Positions 58,939 through 64,000 of a stretch of DNA of 64,000 nt are shown here, piece after piece. The translations under genes and the position numbers were made by a program. The stretch lies in the NCBI GenBank assembly GCA_046758965.1, contig JBHIBG010000001.1, positions 44,381 through 108,380 of the forward strand. The letters run 5' to 3'. Source of the DNA: Candidatus Methylomirabilia bacterium. Its GTDB lineage: Bacteria > Methylomirabilota > Methylomirabilia > Rokubacteriales > CSP1-6. The first letter of the stretch is position 1, and each line of letters begins with the position of its first letter. A model generated the notes under the pieces. That model did not search any database and was not told the origin of the DNA. It saw only the letters and a list, made by a program, of their open reading frames with translations.

Positions 58939-60292
58939 GCCTGACCCGTGCTCGCCGAAAGGCGAGCTGCACGGGCGATCCTGTGAAGCCGAAGGCCTGG
59001 CGCAGGGTGTTCACCAGGTATCGCTCGTACGAGAAGTGTATGCCATCCGGCCGGTTGACCCGCACGACGAAGGTGGGAGGCATGGTCCGGACCTGGGAGG
59101 CCGAGTGGAGGGCGAGGGGGATACCTCCGGGAGTGATCGGGCGGCGCTCCACCGCCTGCGCCAGGATCTTGGTCAGCAGTTCGGGCGGGATGCGCTTGGC
59201 GGCCTCCTCGCTGACCTGGTCCACCAGGTCAAAGAGATCGTCGAGCCCGAGGCCGGTGGCCGCTGAGACGAAGGCTACCGGCGCGTACTCGACGAACGGG
59301 AGCCGGTCATGAATCTGGCCCGTGATCTCCGCGCGCCTCGCCGATCCCCGAGGGACCAGGTCCCACTTGTTCACGGCAAGCACCGTCGCTCGTCCGGACT
59401 CCTGGGCATAGCCGGCAATGTGAGCATCTTGGGCTCTGACCCCCTCGGTGGCATCCAGGAGCAGCACCGCCACCTGGCAGCGCTCCAGGCTCTTCAGGGC
59501 CATCATCACCGACAGCTTTTCCAGAGGCTCACGGACGCGGCCTTTCCGGCGAATCCCCGCCGTGTCAATGAGGAGGTAGGAGCGGCCTCGGTACGAGACA
59601 GGGGTATCCACCGCATCGCGGGTGGTTCCGGGGGCCTCGTGGACGAGGACGCGGTCGGTTCCCAGGAGGGCGTTGACCAGCGAGGACTTCCCCACGTTCG
59701 GGCGACCGATGATCGCCACGCCAATGGGCTCGCCTCTGCCTACGCTGCCCGTAGCGTGTCGCACCTGGCGGGGCTCCTCCCTCCCGGCGCCGATCCCCTC
59801 CCCGATCGCCATGACCGCCTCGAGAAGCTCGGCCACGCTCCGGCCGTGCTCGGCCGACACCGGGTACAGGTGTGGGAATCCGAGCTCGTAGAGCTCCCCG
59901 AGTTGGGCCTCCTGGCCAGGACCCTCCACCTTGTTCGCCACCACGACCACCGCGCGTCGGGAGCGCCTGAGGACCTGCCCGATCTCGAGATCGAGGGGCG
60001 TGACGCCGGCCCGGCCATCTACCACGAAGAGAATGAGATGGGCCTCCTCGATCGCGGTCAGCACCTGCCGCCTGACCGCGTCGGTGAGGTCATGCTCGGC
60101 TGAGGGGTCGAAGCCTCCGGTGTCCACGACGGTAGCGTGCCAGCGGCCGAAGCTGACCTCGCTGTAGAGCCGATCGCGCGTCACTCCGGGAACGTCGCGG
60201 ACCAGGGCCTGGCGCCTCCCGACAAGGCGGTTGAAAAGCGTGGACTTCCCCACGTTGGGCCGGCCCACGATGGCGATCACCGGCACGCCCAC
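58925..60292 (-). CDS. der: Ribosome biogenesis GTPase Der
   Basis: Two GRPNVGKS P-loops, DTGG/DTAG, KH-like C-terminus with FSYERYL.N.LR..FGF.GSP. Confidence 0.96.
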   Translation of the reverse strand: MGVPVIAIVGRPNVGKSTLFNRLVGRRQALVRDVPGVTRDRLYSEVSFGRWHATVVDTGGFDPSAEHDLTDAVRRQVLTAIEEAHLILFVVDGRAGVTPLDLEIGQVLRRSRRAVVVVANKVEGPGQEAQLGELYELGFPHLYPVSAEHGRSVAELLEAVMAIGEGIGAGREEPRQVRHATGSVGRGEPIGVAIIGRPNVGKSSLVNALLGTDRVLVHEAPGTTRDAVDTPVSYRGRSYLLIDTAGIRRKGRVREPLEKLSVMMALKSLERCQVAVLLLDATEGVRAQDAHIAGYAQESGRATVLAVNKWDLVPRGSARRAEITGQIHDRLPFVEYAPVAFVSAATGLGLDDLFDLVDQVSEEAAKRIPPELLTKILAQAVERRPITPGGIPLALHSASQVRTMPPTFVVRVNRPDGIHFSYERYLVNTLRQAFGFTGSPVQLAFRRARVRRERR

Positions 60293-60422
60293 AGGCTACT
60301 CCCACAGAAGGCGCTCCCCGGGCGCTCGCGGGGAGGACCCGACTACCGCCACCGGCACGCCCGGGTGGAAGGTCAGGTCGGCTGCCGGGTTCGCCCGGGG
60401 CACCTTGCTGTTCACCAAGCCC

Positions 60423-61019
60423 TCAGCGGATGAGGGTCGGGACCTGCGGAGCCTTCTCGGAGGGCTGGTTCAGGAGCTTGGCCCCTCGATAGAGATACTG
60501 GATTCCCGAGGAGACCGTGAACATTGCGGTCACCCAGACGAGCCCGGACTTGACGCCGGGAACCATGGGAAACGCCAGACCTAGCAGGACGGCTAGGATC
60601 GTCACCATCTGGAGCCCGGTGCAGGCCTTGCCCAGAGCGGTCGGGGTGGGATGGATCTGACCTCCTGCCATGTGGACCAGAACGGCCCCAAGGACCAGGA
60701 GAAGGTCACGGCTGATCACGACCACGGTGATCCAAAACGGGAGGGCAGTGGGATAGAGGTATGTCAGAGTGATGAAGGCAGTGGTCAGCAGAAGCTTGTC
60801 GGCCATGGGATCCAGAAAGGCGCCCAGGCGGCTCTGGCTGCCGCGCCTGCGTGCGATGTACCCATCCAGGAGATCGGTCAGGCTCGCGACGCAGAAGATC
60901 AGGAGGGACGCGACAGTCCACCGGTAGACCAGCAGTGACACGAAGACCGGGATCAGGAGGATCCGCAGAAGGGTGAGCGAATTAGCCAGTCCCATGAGTC
61001 CGCCGAGGCCGATGGCCAT
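60423..61019 (-). CDS. pgsA: CDP-alcohol phosphatidyltransferase (PgsA-like)
   Basis: ANSLTLLRI, TDLLDGYIARR...GAFLDPMADKLL. Confidence 0.85.
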   Translation of the reverse strand: MAIGLGGLMGLANSLTLLRILLIPVFVSLLVYRWTVASLLIFCVASLTDLLDGYIARRRGSQSRLGAFLDPMADKLLLTTAFITLTYLYPTALPFWITVVVISRDLLLVLGAVLVHMAGGQIHPTPTALGKACTGLQMVTILAVLLGLAFPMVPGVKSGLVWVTAMFTVSSGIQYLYRGAKLLNQPSEKAPQVPTLIR

Positions 61020-61039
61020 TGTATCACCACCCCTTCCTC

Positions 61040-62335
61040 TCAGGGCGTCTCGATGCGGTAGCCCGAGACAGCCCCAAGCAGCGGGATCGGCAGCTCCACC
61101 TCGATCCGAATTCCCGTGGGCTCGTCGGCGCGGCGAAGCACCCGTCCACGCTCGTAGCAGAGCGCCAAGGTCGGGCCATCAGCGTAGGGAATCCGGAGCG
61201 TAGCGTGCCCCACGCGGACGCGCAGGGCCAGCCCGATCCGGGACAGGAGCTCGCTGATGCCCGCGCCCGATAGGGCGCAGAGTGGTGTGCCCCGAAACTC
61301 CTCGACGAGGGCTCGGAGACCGTTCCCCCCGTCTACCTGATCCACCTTGTTGAGGACGAGAATCGAGGGGCGATCTCTCAGCCCGAGTTCGCCCAGGAGC
61401 CGCTCCACCACGGCGAGCTGCTCCTGGACGCCCGGGTGACTTGCATCCGCCACGTGGAGCAGCACGTCGGCTTCGTGCAGCTCTTCTAGGGTGGCCTTGA
61501 AGGCCGACACGAGCTGAGGGGGGAGCTTCCGGATGAAGCCCACGGTGTCAGTGAGCATAAACGGCTGGTGGTCTGGCGGCGTGATCAGGCGGGCCGCGGG
61601 ATCGAGGGTGACGAAGAGCTGGTTCGCCGCTGGCAGCTGAGAGCCCGCGAGCTGGTTGAAGAGCGTGGTCTTGCCGGCATTGGTGTACCCCACCAGGGCC
61701 ACGACGGGGAACCCGGTCGCTCGCCGTCGGGTTCTCAGGAGCCGGCGGTGCGTCTGCACGTGGTCAAGCTCTTTCTTCGTCTGGAGGATCCGCCTGCGGA
61801 TGATCCGGCGATCGGACTCGAGCTGGGTCTCCCCTGGCCCACGGGTCCCGATCCCGCCTCCGAGACGCTCCAAGTGCTTCCACTGCCCCACCAGGCGGGG
61901 GAGCAGGTAGGTGAGCTGGGCGAGCTCGACCTGGAGCTTCCCAGCGCTTGTGCGCGCCCGCTGGGCGAAGATATCAAGGATCAGCGCGGTCCGGTCGATG
62001 ACCTTCAGCTTCAGCGTCTGCTCAAGATTTCGTTCCTGGATCGGCGAAAGGCCGTCGTCGGAGATGAGGAGGTCGGCTTCTCCCGCGCGGGCCAGCTCCC
62101 GGAGTTCCTCCACCTTCCCCTTGCCGAAGTAGAGGGAGGGAGACCGGGCCTCGCGCTGCTGAATGAGGGTGCCGACCACCCGAGCGCCAGCCGATTCGGC
62201 CAATTGGCCCAACTCGGCGAGGGAGTCCAACGTCTCCCAGCGACGCTGGCTCGGGGTTTGGAGGGCGGCCAGAATGGCTCGCTCTGTTCGCGTTCGGTTC
62301 TCAGGCAGGGATCCGCCCTCCCCGGAGGAGCCCAT
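61040..62335 (-). CDS. hflX: GTPase HflX
   Basis: DRTALILDIFAQRART, GGGIGTRGPGETQLESDRR, GYTNAGKTT, DTVGFI. Confidence 0.96.
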   Translation of the reverse strand: MGSSGEGGSLPENRTRTERAILAALQTPSQRRWETLDSLAELGQLAESAGARVVGTLIQQREARSPSLYFGKGKVEELRELARAGEADLLISDDGLSPIQERNLEQTLKLKVIDRTALILDIFAQRARTSAGKLQVELAQLTYLLPRLVGQWKHLERLGGGIGTRGPGETQLESDRRIIRRRILQTKKELDHVQTHRRLLRTRRRATGFPVVALVGYTNAGKTTLFNQLAGSQLPAANQLFVTLDPAARLITPPDHQPFMLTDTVGFIRKLPPQLVSAFKATLEELHEADVLLHVADASHPGVQEQLAVVERLLGELGLRDRPSILVLNKVDQVDGGNGLRALVEEFRGTPLCALSGAGISELLSRIGLALRVRVGHATLRIPYADGPTLALCYERGRVLRRADEPTGIRIEVELPIPLLGAVSGYRIETP

Positions 62336-63353
62336 GCCGCTCGATGAGCTTGGCGATCGCCTGCGCGGCCCTTTCGAGATCGCAGGGGGCTTTCAGATCC
62401 ATCCACTGGAGGTCTGGCTCGCGCTTGAACCACGTCCACTGGCGCTTGGCGTAACGAATGGTGTCCCGCTTCATGAGCCTTACCGCTTCCGCTTCGCTGA
62501 TCCGGCCCCGCAGCATCCAGCAGAAGTGGCGGTAGCCGATTCCCTTCATAGCTGAGAGCGACTCGTCGTACCCGGCCTGGAGGAGCCCCCGAACCTCATC
62601 TTGGAGACCCTGAGCCACCATCGCCTCAACCCGGAAGTTCAGGGTCGTGGCCAATGCGGCTCGAGGTCTGGTGAGCCCCACCATCAGAAGTCGGAACGGA
62701 GGACGGTTCATCGCCCAGTCCCCCGCTCCGCCTTCCCCGTCATGACCGGAGTGAGACCCGCCAAGGACCTGTGGCGCCTCCCGATACCGACGAACCTCAA
62801 TAGCCCTGATAATCCTCATCATATCTTTAGGATGAATACGCCTGGCAGCCTCAGGGTCTACTTTAAGTAGCACTTGATGAAGCGCGTTGGGTGAACGGCC
62901 TCTGGCCCAGCGTGAGAGCTCCCCCCTGAACTCCGGGTGTCCGGGGGGTGCGGGGGAAAGCCCCCGCAGGAGCGCCCGGATGTAGAGCCCCGTGCCCCCC
63001 ACAACCACCGGCAATCGCCCTCGCTCCCGGATCTCGCGGATGGCGGTGAGCGCCTCTCGCCTGAACCGAGCCGCATGGTAGCGCTCGTCGGGGTCAACGA
63101 GATCAAGCAAGTGGTGCGGCACCTGTGCGCGCTGGGCGGGGTTCGGCTTCCCGGTCCCGATCTCCATCCGGCGATAGACCTGGCGAGAGTCCGCGCTCAC
63201 CACCTCAAGGGGAATCCGTCGAGCCAGGTGAATGGCGGTCTCGGTCTTCCCGATCCCCGTCGGCCCGGTAATGACGACTAGGGGCTCCAAAGTGCGGCCC
63301 ATATCCCTATCATACGGCCCCGGCAGGGTCTCTGCGCGGTGATCCACGCTCAC
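62301..63353 (-). CDS. miaA: tRNA dimethylallyltransferase
   Basis: GPTGIGKT, DSRQVY..MEIGTGKP, VGGTGLY, IGY, TIRYAKRQWTWF. Confidence 0.96.
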   Translation of the reverse strand: MSVDHRAETLPGPYDRDMGRTLEPLVVITGPTGIGKTETAIHLARRIPLEVVSADSRQVYRRMEIGTGKPNPAQRAQVPHHLLDLVDPDERYHAARFRREALTAIREIRERGRLPVVVGGTGLYIRALLRGLSPAPPGHPEFRGELSRWARGRSPNALHQVLLKVDPEAARRIHPKDMMRIIRAIEVRRYREAPQVLGGSHSGHDGEGGAGDWAMNRPPFRLLMVGLTRPRAALATTLNFRVEAMVAQGLQDEVRGLLQAGYDESLSAMKGIGYRHFCWMLRGRISEAEAVRLMKRDTIRYAKRQWTWFKREPDLQWMDLKAPCDLERAAQAIAKLIERHGLLRGGRIPA

Positions 63354-64000
63354 CAGGTTCGTCGGAGCTCGCGCTTGATCTCTCTGAGGGAGACGCGGGA
63401 GAGAATCGGCCGGCCGTGCGGGCAGAAGTACGGGGTCTCGGTCGTGGAAAGGTCAGCGAGGAGACGCCGCATCTCGCCGTGATCCAGTGGCCGATTCGCC
63501 TTGATCGCCGCCCGGCAGGCCACGAAGGAGAGCGCCCGATCCACCAGCGGCGCCGTTGCTCCTTGATAGGCTGTGCCCACCTCTTCCAGCAGGGCCTCGA
63601 TAAGCCGATGAGGTTCTTCCCCCTTCAAGAGCGAGGGGACGCCCCGAAGCAGGAGGGTTCCCCCCCCGAACTCCTCCAGGGCGAATCCCAACTCCTCGAG
63701 GGTCGGGAGCCACCGGCTCAACAGGCTCCGGCTTGCCGGTCCGAGCGTCAGTGGCTCCGCGAGGAGAAGTTCCTGGGAGGGAAGCGGCCCTGAGGCCAGC
63801 TCAGCCTTTAGCCGTTCGAACAGCACGCGCTCGTGCGCCACATGCTGGTCGATGAAAAACACCTCTTCCTGGTTGGCTGCCACGATGAAGGTCTCCTCCA
63901 CTTGCCCGACCGGCTGTCCAAACAGCGATGGGCCGTACGGGGAGACCTCCTCACGGAAGAGGGACGGCTGGGCGCCTTCCGATCCCGCTGGGGCCGGGAT
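63350..64000 (-). CDS. mutL: DNA mismatch repair protein MutL, C-terminal part
   Basis: IDQHVAHERVLFE, ACRAAIKAN, CPHGRP; frame open to the window end. Confidence 0.96.
   Translation of the reverse strand: MPAPAGSEGAQPSLFREEVSPYGPSLFGQPVGQVEETFIVAANQEEVFFIDQHVAHERVLFERLKAELASGPLPSQELLLAEPLTLGPASRSLLSRWLPTLEELGFALEEFGGGTLLLRGVPSLLKGEEPHRLIEALLEEVGTAYQGATAPLVDRALSFVACRAAIKANRPLDHGEMRRLLADLSTTETPYFCPHGRPILSRVSLREIKRELRRTW

Overview
GC-rich bacterial chromosomal DNA. The gene style (zinc-ribbon/adenylate cyclase/AAA/TPR proteins, GC hairpin repeats) suggests Rokubacteria/Methylomirabilota, which is inference only. The window probably contains the replication terminus: a 28-bp XerCD dif-like site lies at 8892-8919 and core genes on both sides mostly point toward it. 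Left arm: dnaE (5' truncated) with a LAGLIDADG intein; a SorC/CggR-type regulator divergent from an unusually extended class V FBP aldolase/phosphatase, with one palindrome covering both promoters; and a DUF151 nuclease coupled to an orphan PaaA-like diiron protein behind a possibly structured leader. From about 8.1 to 26.4 kb is an accessory patchwork of intact catabolic and signalling genes mixed with many short gene remnants, ending at tRNA-Arg(CCT). Next comes an aromatic-CoA cluster (hcrCAB-like molybdoenzyme, two PaaK-family ligases, crotonase, SDR), then surE-pcm-tRNA-Pro-LOG-acyP-rpoS-like. A 2-kb islet sits in tRNA-Pro(GGG) with a visible att duplicate. A 13.7-kb accessory block follows (broken integrase, adenylate cyclase, hydantoinase/SDR/XDH-family operon, decayed ABC transporter). 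The window ends with the core run mutL-miaA-hflX(no hfq)-pgsA-der-DUF3047-SPOR-cutA-ihfA-merR. No CRISPR array or rRNA was seen. All family calls come from motif recognition by eye; no database searches were run.
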